Shown here one piece after another: positions 9,126-17,832 of a stretch of 64,000 nt of DNA. The notes below the pieces were generated by a model, which saw nothing but the letters and a program-made list of their open reading frames with translations, was not told the DNA's origin and did no database searches. Numbering within the stretch: position 1 is the stretch's first letter; the number at the start of each line of letters is the position of its first letter. Source of the stretch: an uncultured Clostridia bacterium (lineage in GTDB: Bacteria; Bacillota; Dehalobacteriia; UBA4068); NCBI GenBank assembly GCA_944390945.1, contig CALXRV010000035.1, positions 37,958 through 101,957 on the forward strand, read 5' to 3'. The position numbers and the translations under genes were made by a program.

Positions 9126-9878
9126 ATGCAACGTACATCTTCTGTAAACCGCGAGATCCGAGAAAGCAGCAAGCGTATTCTTGCTGTTGTTGGTCATTTC
9201 GGTAGTGGAAAAACAGAATTCGCGGTTTCGTTGGCTATGCGGATGGCCATGCAGGAGCGGCCAGCCGACATGCCACGCCTGGCGCTGGTGGATATCGATA
9301 TTGCAAACCCATACTTCCGCTCGCGGGAACGCAAACAGATGTTGGAAGCAGCCGGTATTTCCGTTTATGGCAATGCCTATGATGGAGAGATTACCGCTGA
9401 ACTGCCCGCGCTTTCTGCTGCGATTCGCACGCCGCTGGAAGATGCGGGGTGCCGTGTGATTGTCGATGTCGGAGGCAATGACAGTGGTGCACGCATTTTG
9501 CATCAATTCCGTAAATATTTCCAGCAGAACGAGCATGAGCTGTATGCGGTGATCAATGCCAACCGACCGGAAACCAGCGATATTGATGGTGCACTGGCAC
9601 ATTTGCAGGCGATCGAAATGGAAACAGGGCTGACGGTCAGTGGTTTGATCAATAACTGTCATCTGCTGCGCGAAACAACGCCGGAGACGGTCGCGCAAGG
9701 GCATCGGCTTTGCGAAGCGCTCTGCCGCCGAACAGGGAAACCGTTGATCTGCGATTGTTATCCTGCCCCACTGTTCGACGATGCAGCATTACAAGCATTA
9801 CCAGCTGGCAGTACTGGTCCGTACCATATGCCGCTTGGTCTTTATATGCGCGAGAGCTGGTTGGATAAACTGATTTAA
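9126..9878 (+). CDS. SIMIBI-type P-loop NTPase (MinD/CooC/ArgK-like), function unknown
   Basis: Walker A VVGHFGSGKTEF, Walker B/DxxG VIVDVGGND. First gene of the oxidoreductase cluster. Confidence 0.65.
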   Translation: MQRTSSVNREIRESSKRILAVVGHFGSGKTEFAVSLAMRMAMQERPADMPRLALVDIDIANPYFRSRERKQMLEAAGISVYGNAYDGEITAELPALSAAIRTPLEDAGCRVIVDVGGNDSGARILHQFRKYFQQNEHELYAVINANRPETSDIDGALAHLQAIEMETGLTVSGLINNCHLLRETTPETVAQGHRLCEALCRRTGKPLICDCYPAPLFDDAALQALPAGSTGPYHMPLGLYMRESWLDKLI

Positions 9879-9935
9879 TCGATGTCTCATTTCATTTTAT
9901 AGATAATTATTCTGCTGCAGAGAGGAGATGCGAGG

Positions 9936-10166
9936 ATGAAAAAATTCATCGTCCAGTTTCGTTCGGACAAATGCAAAGGCTGTGAATTATGCCTTACCGT
10001 ATGTCCGAAGCAAATCATCAGCATGAGCAACCATGTCAACAGTAAGGGATATTGCCCGGCTGAAATTAAAGATATGAGCGGTTGCATCGGCTGTACGAGT
10101 TGCGCACTGATTTGCCCGGATGGTGCGATCAGCATTTATGAAGATGACGGGGAGGGGAGAGCATGA
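9936..10166 (+). CDS. 2-oxoacid:ferredoxin oxidoreductase delta subunit (2x[4Fe-4S] ferredoxin)
   Basis: CKGCELCLTVCP and CIGCTSCALICP cluster motifs. 4-nt overlap with the alpha subunit gene. Confidence 0.85.
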   Translation: MKKFIVQFRSDKCKGCELCLTVCPKQIISMSNHVNSKGYCPAEIKDMSGCIGCTSCALICPDGAISIYEDDGEGRA

Positions 10167-11248
10167 CGGAAAAGGTTTTAATGAAAGGCAATGAAGCCTT
10201 TGCCGAAGCAGCAATCCGCGGCGGCTGCCGCTTTTATTTCGGTTATCCGATCACGCCACAGAGTGAGATCCCGGAATATATGTCCCGTGAGCTGGCGAAA
10301 CGCGGCGGTACATTCGTACAAGCAGAAAGCGAACTGGCTGCTGTCAATATGGCGTATGGCTGCGCCGCAGCGGGGGGAAACGTATTCATTAGCTCAAGCT
10401 CGCCAGGCATTGCCTTGATGCAGGAGGGGATGAGCTTCCTTTGCTCGGCGGAAGTGCCGGTCGTCGTGCTCAATGTATCCCGCGGTGGGCCTGGTGTGGG
10501 CGGCATCCAGCCGGGACAGGCAGACTATTTTCAGGCAACACGCGGCGGTGGCAATGGCGACTATCACATCCCTGTTTTTGCACCGCTGGGTATTCAGGAA
10601 GCTGTTGATCTGATTTATGAAGCCCCGCAGATCGCAGACAGATACCGCAACCCGGTCATGGTTCTGGTTGACGGTATGATGGGCCAGATGATGGAACCAT
10701 TGCGTCTGCCGGAGGCACGCCCCTTTGTGGCTACGGAAGAGATCGCAGCCTATAAACCCTGGTCATTAACGGGTAAGGCGGCAAAGGGCGGGAAACGCCG
10801 TGTCGTCAAATCGCTGCTGCTCAAGCCGGAACAGCTGGAGGAACATGTTGAACAGCTATTTGAAAAATATGCGCTGGCGGAAAAAGAACTGGTGCGGTTC
10901 GAGACAATAGGGCTGGAAAAAGCAGATGTGGTGTTCGTGGCGTTTGGCACGATTTCACGTTTGGTTGCGGAATCGATCGAACTGTTAGCTGCAGAAGGCA
11001 TTCGCGCCGGCATGATCCGCCCGATCAGCTTATGGCCATTCCCCTATGCCGCGTTTGAGCAGATCGATTATACCACCACAAAAGCCGTGATTTCCGCAGA
11101 GCTCTCTATGGGCCAAATGATCGGCGACGTAAAAATGGGCGTAAACGGCAGACTGCCCGTGCAGTTAATCCATCGTACGGGGGGTATCGTCCCGACATCG
11201 CTGGAAATCGTAGAAAAAACAAAAGCGATCTTGCAGGGGGTGAAATAG
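10163..11248 (+). CDS. 2-oxoacid:ferredoxin oxidoreductase alpha subunit
   Basis: GNEAFAEAAIRGGCRFYFGYPITPQSEI N-terminus typical of KorA/VorB/PorA-type alpha subunits. Confidence 0.85.
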   Translation: MTEKVLMKGNEAFAEAAIRGGCRFYFGYPITPQSEIPEYMSRELAKRGGTFVQAESELAAVNMAYGCAAAGGNVFISSSSPGIALMQEGMSFLCSAEVPVVVLNVSRGGPGVGGIQPGQADYFQATRGGGNGDYHIPVFAPLGIQEAVDLIYEAPQIADRYRNPVMVLVDGMMGQMMEPLRLPEARPFVATEEIAAYKPWSLTGKAAKGGKRRVVKSLLLKPEQLEEHVEQLFEKYALAEKELVRFETIGLEKADVVFVAFGTISRLVAESIELLAAEGIRAGMIRPISLWPFPYAAFEQIDYTTTKAVISAELSMGQMIGDVKMGVNGRLPVQLIHRTGGIVPTSLEIVEKTKAILQGVK

Positions 11249-11992
11249 ATGAAGCCAGTATTTACATACACAAAAGGTATGCGTGATGTGGATACCAGTT
11301 ATTGCCCCGGCTGTACGCATGGCGTTGCGCACCGGCTGATTATGGAAACTTTGGAAGAAATGGGCAAACTGGGTGATGTAATCGGCGTAACGCCGATTGG
11401 CTGCAGCATCGTGGCACATGAATTCATGGATATTGATATGTGTGAATCCGCGCATGGCCGTGCGCCGGCGGTTGCGGCGGGTATCCGCAGAGCACAGCCT
11501 GACAAAGTGGTATTTACCTATCAAGGCGATGGCGATCTGGCCAGCATCGGCATGGGGGAGATTGTCCATGCCGCAGCACGCGGAGAAAAATTTACCACCT
11601 TCTTTATCAATAACGGTATCTATGGTATGACCGGCGGCCAGCTAGCGCCGACCACGTTGATCGGTCAGAAGGCAACGACTGCCGTGGATGGACGCACCCG
11701 CGAACAATTCGGCATGCCAATCCGCATGTGCGAGCTGCTTTCCACCCTGGACGGAGCGATTTATGTCGAACGTGTAGCGTTGAACAGCCCCGCGCATATT
11801 CGCAAGGCAAAACAAGCGGTACGCACAGCGTTGGAGCTGCAGGAAAAACGGCTGGGATTCACCTTTATTGAATTTCTCTCTACTTGTCCGACCAACTGGG
11901 GCCTGACTCCGCCCGAAGCATTGAAATGGGTTGAGGAAAAAATGATCCCCTATTACCCGTTGGGTAATTTCAGAAAGCCGGAGGAGGTGTGA
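11249..11992 (+). CDS. 2-oxoacid:ferredoxin oxidoreductase beta subunit (TPP-binding)
   Basis: YCPGCTHG, GDGD...GMGE and INNGIYGMTGGQ TPP-binding motifs. Directly abuts the alpha gene. Confidence 0.85.
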   Translation: MKPVFTYTKGMRDVDTSYCPGCTHGVAHRLIMETLEEMGKLGDVIGVTPIGCSIVAHEFMDIDMCESAHGRAPAVAAGIRRAQPDKVVFTYQGDGDLASIGMGEIVHAAARGEKFTTFFINNGIYGMTGGQLAPTTLIGQKATTAVDGRTREQFGMPIRMCELLSTLDGAIYVERVALNSPAHIRKAKQAVRTALELQEKRLGFTFIEFLSTCPTNWGLTPPEALKWVEEKMIPYYPLGNFRKPEEV

Positions 11993-12528
11993 TTATGGCG
12001 ACACATAAACTATTTATTGCCGGCAGCGGTGGTCAGGGCATCCTGCTGATGGGGCAGATCCTAACCTATGGCGCCATGCACGAAGATCTGGAAGCCTCGT
12101 TCCTACCTTCTTATGGCCCGGAAATGCGCGGTGGTACGGCAAATTGTACCGTTGTTGTCTCAGATAAACCGATCAGCTGCCCGCTGATTTATGAAGCGGA
12201 TGCATTGGTCGCTATGAATCTGCCATCCATGCTCCGTTTTGAACCGTTACTGAAACGTGGCGGCAAACTGTTTTTGAATACGACTTTGATTGAAGAGCGC
12301 CCAAAGCGCAGTGATATCGAAGTGATCGATGTAGCAGCGAATCAAATTGCGATGGAGCTGGGAAACGCAAAGGCAGCCAATATTGTGATGCTGGGGGCAT
12401 TGATTCGCGAAACCGGCGTGCTGCAGCCGAAATCCATTGAATATGTGTTGGAAAACAAGGTGTTCCACGGCAAAAAGGCCAGTCTGTTGCCCTTGAACCT
12501 GCAGGCTTTTCATGCCTGGCAGCGTTAA
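11989..12528 (+). CDS. 2-oxoacid:ferredoxin oxidoreductase gamma subunit
   Basis: IAGSGGQGILLMG...SYGPEMRGGTANC motif. 4-nt overlap with the beta gene. Confidence 0.85.
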   Translation: MIMATHKLFIAGSGGQGILLMGQILTYGAMHEDLEASFLPSYGPEMRGGTANCTVVVSDKPISCPLIYEADALVAMNLPSMLRFEPLLKRGGKLFLNTTLIEERPKRSDIEVIDVAANQIAMELGNAKAANIVMLGALIRETGVLQPKSIEYVLENKVFHGKKASLLPLNLQAFHAWQR

Positions 12529-12582
12529 AGGACCGATCGCAACCCCATTCTAAGAGATAACCGCCAGAAAGGAGAACGAATC

Positions 12583-13659
12583 ATGTCGCGCCAATTCCCG
12601 ATTACCAAAACTACCGCACCGAAAGTGAAGCCAGACCCGGATCATCTCCGCTTTGGTCAGACTTTTACCGACCATATGTTTCTGATGGAATACAGTGATG
12701 AAAACGGCTGGCATAACGGCCGGATCGTCCCCTATGGTCCGCTCGCGCTTGACCCGGCTGCAGCCGTACTACATTATGCACAGATGATGTTTGAAGGTCT
12801 GAAAGCCTATAAGACCCCGGCTGGTAAGATCCTGCTTTTCCGCCCGGACATGAATGCTAAGCGCACAAACCGGACGAATGAACGGATGTGCATCCCACAG
12901 ATGGATGAAACGTTGTTTGTAGATGCAATCAAAGCCTTGGTTGATGTGGATCGCGATTGGATTCCGGATAAACCTGGCACCTCGCTCTATATTCGCCCAT
13001 TCATCATCGCAGATGAACCTTTCCTCGGTGTGCATCCGGCGCACCACTACTTGTTCGTGATCATCTTATCGCCGGTCGGACCTTACTATGCCAGTGGCGA
13101 TGGTGGGCTGGTCGCTAATCGTATCTTTGTTGAGGATGAATATGTGCGTGCCGTACCAGGCGGCACCGGCTTTGCCAAGATTGGCGGTAACTATGCCGGT
13201 TCACTGAAAGCACAGGAAAAAGCAATGCAGAATGGTTGCGAGCAGGTGTTGTGGCTGGATGCCATCGAGCGCAAATATGTTGAGGAGATTGGTACTTCCA
13301 ATGCTTTCTTCGTCATTGACGATGAAATCGTTACCGCACCGCTGGCTGGCACGATCCTTCCCGGTATCACACGTGATTCTGTAATCGCATTGCTGAAAAA
13401 ATGGGGGATGAATATTCAGGAACGCAGACTTTCGATGGAAGAATTGTTCCAGGCCGCACAGGATGGTAGGTTGAAAGAAGCGTTTGCCACTGGTACGGCA
13501 GCGGTGATCTCGCCAGTTGGCCATCTCCTTTATAAAGGTAAAGATCTGGAGATTTGTGGCGGCAAAGTGGGGCCGCTCGCGCAGAAGCTTTATGATACCC
13601 TGTATGGAATTCAAACAGGTGTTGTGCCGGATGATATGGGTTGGACGCTAAGTCTGTAG
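12583..13659 (+). CDS. ilvE: Branched-chain amino acid aminotransferase (class IV PLP)
   Basis: FGQTFTDHMF, YAQMMFEGLKAY, YIRPF, GGTGFAKIGGNYA and GITRDS motifs. GGAGA RBS. Confidence 0.9.
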   Translation: MSRQFPITKTTAPKVKPDPDHLRFGQTFTDHMFLMEYSDENGWHNGRIVPYGPLALDPAAAVLHYAQMMFEGLKAYKTPAGKILLFRPDMNAKRTNRTNERMCIPQMDETLFVDAIKALVDVDRDWIPDKPGTSLYIRPFIIADEPFLGVHPAHHYLFVIILSPVGPYYASGDGGLVANRIFVEDEYVRAVPGGTGFAKIGGNYAGSLKAQEKAMQNGCEQVLWLDAIERKYVEEIGTSNAFFVIDDEIVTAPLAGTILPGITRDSVIALLKKWGMNIQERRLSMEELFQAAQDGRLKEAFATGTAAVISPVGHLLYKGKDLEICGGKVGPLAQKLYDTLYGIQTGVVPDDMGWTLSL

Positions 13660-13791
13660 TTTAGGGGCTGAAAAGCTGTTATTCTGAGAATAAAAGAGCG
13701 GTCAGCCCATCCGGGGCGGATGGGCTGACCGGAAAGTATTTGCAGTATGATTGTGTTTGAATATGGATGATTCATGATAGGAGAAGAGTTT

Positions 13792-15234
13792 ATGGAGCAA
13801 CTAAAGATCGTCGATATGACACTGCGTGAATGTGAGACAGTATCCGGCATCCGGCTGAGTTTCAAGGAGCGGCTGGAGATCGCCAAGCTGTTGGAGCGAC
13901 TGCGCGTGGATGTGATTGAGACTGGATATATCTCTGATTCTCAGGCCGATACCGTTTTTGTAAGAACCTTGGCCAGCACGATCCAAAACAGTGTAATCAG
14001 CTGTCCTGTGGCCTTGGATGAGCAGGCGATCGAGCGGACCTGGCAGGTTCTGTCACAGGCCAAACACCCGCGGCTAAATCTGGTCGTCCCCATTTCCAGC
14101 GTGCAGATGGAGTACAGCTATCAAATGAAGGCAGATCGTATGCAGGCGCGCACACAGGAATTACTGACAAAGTGCGTAGCGCTTTGCCCGGACGTGGAAT
14201 TCACTGCTGAAGACGCTGTGCGCAGTGAGCATGACTACCTGTTGCGTATGATACAGCTGGCGATCGAAAGCGGAGCTCGGACCATTACGCTGGTGGATTC
14301 CGGCGGTCAGTTGTTGCCCTGGGAAATGACGGATTTTATTACCTCGCTTCGGCAAGAGATCGCAGCATTATCACAAGTACAGCTTTCTATTCAATGTAAG
14401 AATGATTTAGGAATGGCTTCTGCCTGTGCATTAGCTGCCGTGGCTGCGGGCGCCAACCAGCTGAAAGCCACGTTCAATGGCCTGGGGTTACCGCATGGCA
14501 ATCTTTCTCTGGAACAGCTCAGCCATGCTTTGCAGCTGCGGAACGATGCACTAAATGCACCGTGCCGTCTCAATATGACAGAGATTCAGCGAATTTGTAA
14601 GCAGCTGGAAAGCCTGACCGGGATGAACCGAAATAGCCGTTCTGCATTTGGCCATGTATTGCCAAAGCCAGAGACAGAGCATGAAGGGGATCAAGCACAG
14701 CTGACTGCTGATGCTGACCTGCTGACCGTACGCCGGCACATCCAGATGCTGGGTTATGATCTGGAGGAGGCTGATATGGAAGCCGTATATCGTCAATTCC
14801 AGCGTCTGATCGCAAAGAAGCGGGTAGATGACCGTGATCTTGATGCGCTGGTGGCGGAGACTGCGCGTCAGGTCGCACCGACCTATCAGTTGATCAATTA
14901 TGTGATCAATAGTGGGAATATGATCACCGCTACCGCTGTTTTGCGCGTGGACAAATGCGGTGTGACCGAGCAGAGTGTTTCGCTGGGCGATGGACCGATC
15001 GATGCGGCATTTCTTGCCATTGAACAGATGCTGGGGCATCATTTCGACCTGGAAGATTTCCATATTCAGGCGGTAACCGAAGGTCGGGAAGCGATGGGCG
15101 ATGCATTGGTTAAACTACGCCATAACGGGCGCCTTTATTCTGGTCGCGGTCTTTCTACCGATATCATCGGTGCCAGCATCCGTGCCTATTTGAATGCTGT
15201 CAATAAAATCGTTTATGAGGAAAAAGTGATATGA
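13792..15234 (+). CDS. 2-isopropylmalate synthase-like protein with degenerate active site (LeuA-fold pseudoenzyme candidate)
   Basis: DRE-TIM/HMGL-like N-domain and LeuA_dimer-like C-domain (GDGPIDAAF...GRGLSTDIIGASIRAYLNAVNKI). RDGEQ is RECET, HxH is QCK, and GERAGN is GLPHGN. Confidence 0.75.
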   Translation: MEQLKIVDMTLRECETVSGIRLSFKERLEIAKLLERLRVDVIETGYISDSQADTVFVRTLASTIQNSVISCPVALDEQAIERTWQVLSQAKHPRLNLVVPISSVQMEYSYQMKADRMQARTQELLTKCVALCPDVEFTAEDAVRSEHDYLLRMIQLAIESGARTITLVDSGGQLLPWEMTDFITSLRQEIAALSQVQLSIQCKNDLGMASACALAAVAAGANQLKATFNGLGLPHGNLSLEQLSHALQLRNDALNAPCRLNMTEIQRICKQLESLTGMNRNSRSAFGHVLPKPETEHEGDQAQLTADADLLTVRRHIQMLGYDLEEADMEAVYRQFQRLIAKKRVDDRDLDALVAETARQVAPTYQLINYVINSGNMITATAVLRVDKCGVTEQSVSLGDGPIDAAFLAIEQMLGHHFDLEDFHIQAVTEGREAMGDALVKLRHNGRLYSGRGLSTDIIGASIRAYLNAVNKIVYEEKVI

Positions 15235-17753
15235 AGCTCTCCTATTCAACACGTGGCTGGTATGAATTTTCCTGGGAGGAACATTTCTCCATGGCCAAGG
15301 ATATGGGATTCCAAGGTTTGGAGGTATCCTATTCCGAGCAGGAGATTGCCTCTTTGTTGGAACGCCCGGGCGCTGCAGCTCGGCGGCAGGATTTAATGCG
15401 CCATTTGAAAGAATTAGATCTTGAAATCCCTTGCATTTCAGTTGGCAGCTGTCTTGGTGACAGCAACCGTACGGAAAGGGCAATGAAGCGCGCAGCTGCC
15501 TGCATCAAATTAGCCGGGCTGCTCGGTACGCCATATATCCATCTGCGCGCCGATCAATATGGCTATAGCTCTGATGAAGCGAAAGTGGTTTCTTCGCTGG
15601 AAAGCTTGTTGCCCTTAGCGGAAAAGGCTGGCGTGATCCTGCTGGTCGAAACAAGTGGTGTTTATGCTGATACCTCACGTTTGCGCGATCTGCTCAATCG
15701 CTTTGCCTGCGATCATTTGGCAGCATTATGGGATGTCAACCATCCATACCGTTTTCATGGCGAAAGCCCAGAGCAGACAATACAAAATTTAGGCGCCTAT
15801 ATCAAATTTGTGCATGTGCGCGATTCGATCGCGGTTGAGAATAATGCAGAATATCGTTTGATGGGGGAAGGGGATCTGCCGCTCGATGATATGATCCGCG
15901 CCCTGCGTTCGATCAATTATGACGGCTATCTTTCTCTGCTTTGGCCAAAAAGTGATTATACCGATCTGCATGATGCCGCGCTGGTATTCCCACATTACGC
16001 AAACTATATGTCGCGCTATCTTAGCGCAAACACACATGGCGGCAGATTGCATAAAAACCGGGCAGGAACCGGCCAGTTTATTTGGGAAAAGGATCAGCTG
16101 ATCAGCCTTACTTTTTCACAGGTATTGGACCGCGTAGTGGAAGAATTTCCAGACCAGTTTGCGTTCCGCTATACGACGCTTGATTATACGCGCACTTATA
16201 GCGAATTCCGTGATGATGTTGACCAGTTTGCGCGTTCGCTGATCGCCCTTGGCGTACGGGCGGGCGATCATGTGGCGGTTTGGGCGACAAATGTTCCTCA
16301 ATGGTATATCGCCTTCTGGGCCACGGTAAAGCTCGGCGCGGTACTGGTGACCGTAAACACAGCATATAAAATTCATGAAGCAGAATATCTGCTGCGGCAG
16401 TCGGATACGCATACCCTGATCATGGTGGACGGCTATCGCGATTCCGATTATGTCGCAATCATGCGTGAGCTCTGCCCAGAATTGGCTGAAGCGCGTGCCG
16501 ACCGCCCACTGCATTGCCGTCGGCTGCCTTTCTTGCGGCACATCATCACCGTTTCTTCGCGGCAGCCCGGCTGTCTGACATGGGATGAGGCTCTGAAGAT
16601 GGGAGAACGCATCCCGGTGGAAGAAGTCTGGCGGCGCGCTTCGATGGTACAGCCGGATGATGTCTGCAATATGCAATATACCTCTGGAACCACCGGATTC
16701 CCCAAGGGGGTCATGCTAACGCATCGGAACATCGTCAATAACGGTAAATGCATCGGGGACCGCATGGATCTTTCTACGGCAGACCGAATGATGATCCAGG
16801 TGCCGATGTTTCATTGTTTCGGTATGGTGCTGGCGATGACAGCCGCCATGACACACAGCGCGATGCTTTCCCCGCTGCCATATTTCTCGCCCAAGCCGGC
16901 TCTTGCTTGCATCAATCAGGAAAAGATTACCTGCTTCCATGGTGTGCCCACGATGTTCATCGCCATGCTGGAGCATGAAGATTTTCCCAAGGTGGACTTC
17001 TCCTATATGCGCACAGGTATTATGGCCGGCAGCCCCTGCCCAATTTCCGTCATGCGCGATGTGGTCGATAAAATGAACATGCGGGAAATTACCATCGTTT
17101 ATGGCCAGACGGAAGCTTCACCAGGCTGCACAATGAGCAGCACGGATGATTCGATCGAAGTCCGTGTCAGCACGGTAGGCCGGCCGCTGCCAGAGATCGA
17201 ATGCAAAGTGATTGATCCGGATACGGGGTTGGAAGTTGCGGATGGGGTCAACGGGGAATTCGTCGCACGCGGCTATAACCTGATGAAGGGATATTATAAA
17301 ATGCCACAGGCCACTGCTGCTGCAATCGATGCAGAAGGCTGGTTGCACACCGGTGACCTTGCCTGCCGTACGCCGGAAGGGAATTTCCGCATCACTGGCC
17401 GCCTGAAAGATATGATCATTCGCGGTGGGGAAAACATTTACCCCAAGGAAATCGAAGAGTTCATTTATACCTATCCAAAGGTTAAGGATGTACAGGTAAT
17501 CGGCGTTCCGGATGAAAAATATGGCGAAGAGATTATGGCCTGTATCGTACTGAAAGAAGGGGAAAGTGCAACAGAAGACGAAATCAAGGCATATGTACAT
17601 GCCAATATGGCAAAACATAAGGTACCGCGATATGTAGAATTTATGGAAGGTTTCCCCATGAATGCAGCTGGAAAAATCCTGAAATATAAAATGCGAGAAG
17701 ACGCGGTGGAGAAACTGAATTTGAAACATGTGGCAGCGATTGAAACCGCATAG
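15231..17753 (+). CDS. Fusion protein: xylose-isomerase-like TIM-barrel domain (about residues 1-270) plus an AMP-forming acyl-CoA ligase (about 290-840)
   Basis: N-terminal part carries LLVETSG, ALWDVNHPY and FVHVRD (PF01261-like). C-terminal part carries YTSGTTGFPKGV, VYGQTE, GWLHTGDL, RLKDMIIRGGENIYPKEIE and AAGKILK adenylation motifs. ATGA overlap with the upstream gene. Confidence 0.8.
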   Translation: MKLSYSTRGWYEFSWEEHFSMAKDMGFQGLEVSYSEQEIASLLERPGAAARRQDLMRHLKELDLEIPCISVGSCLGDSNRTERAMKRAAACIKLAGLLGTPYIHLRADQYGYSSDEAKVVSSLESLLPLAEKAGVILLVETSGVYADTSRLRDLLNRFACDHLAALWDVNHPYRFHGESPEQTIQNLGAYIKFVHVRDSIAVENNAEYRLMGEGDLPLDDMIRALRSINYDGYLSLLWPKSDYTDLHDAALVFPHYANYMSRYLSANTHGGRLHKNRAGTGQFIWEKDQLISLTFSQVLDRVVEEFPDQFAFRYTTLDYTRTYSEFRDDVDQFARSLIALGVRAGDHVAVWATNVPQWYIAFWATVKLGAVLVTVNTAYKIHEAEYLLRQSDTHTLIMVDGYRDSDYVAIMRELCPELAEARADRPLHCRRLPFLRHIITVSSRQPGCLTWDEALKMGERIPVEEVWRRASMVQPDDVCNMQYTSGTTGFPKGVMLTHRNIVNNGKCIGDRMDLSTADRMMIQVPMFHCFGMVLAMTAAMTHSAMLSPLPYFSPKPALACINQEKITCFHGVPTMFIAMLEHEDFPKVDFSYMRTGIMAGSPCPISVMRDVVDKMNMREITIVYGQTEASPGCTMSSTDDSIEVRVSTVGRPLPEIECKVIDPDTGLEVADGVNGEFVARGYNLMKGYYKMPQATAAAIDAEGWLHTGDLACRTPEGNFRITGRLKDMIIRGGENIYPKEIEEFIYTYPKVKDVQVIGVPDEKYGEEIMACIVLKEGESATEDEIKAYVHANMAKHKVPRYVEFMEGFPMNAAGKILKYKMREDAVEKLNLKHVAAIETA

Positions 17754-17786
17754 CATATCGTTCAGTGATTTTTTAGCAGACAACAA

Positions 17787-17813
17787 TAAAAAGCCGCTTT
17801 TTGCGGCTTTTTA
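17787..17813. terminator. Bidirectional rho-independent terminator
   Basis: AAAAAGCCGC-TTTTT-GCGGCTTTTT, with an A-run and a T-run flanking a GC stem. It lies between convergent genes ending at 17753 and 17833. Confidence 0.8.
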
Positions 17814-17832
17814 TTGTAAAATCAATGCCAAG

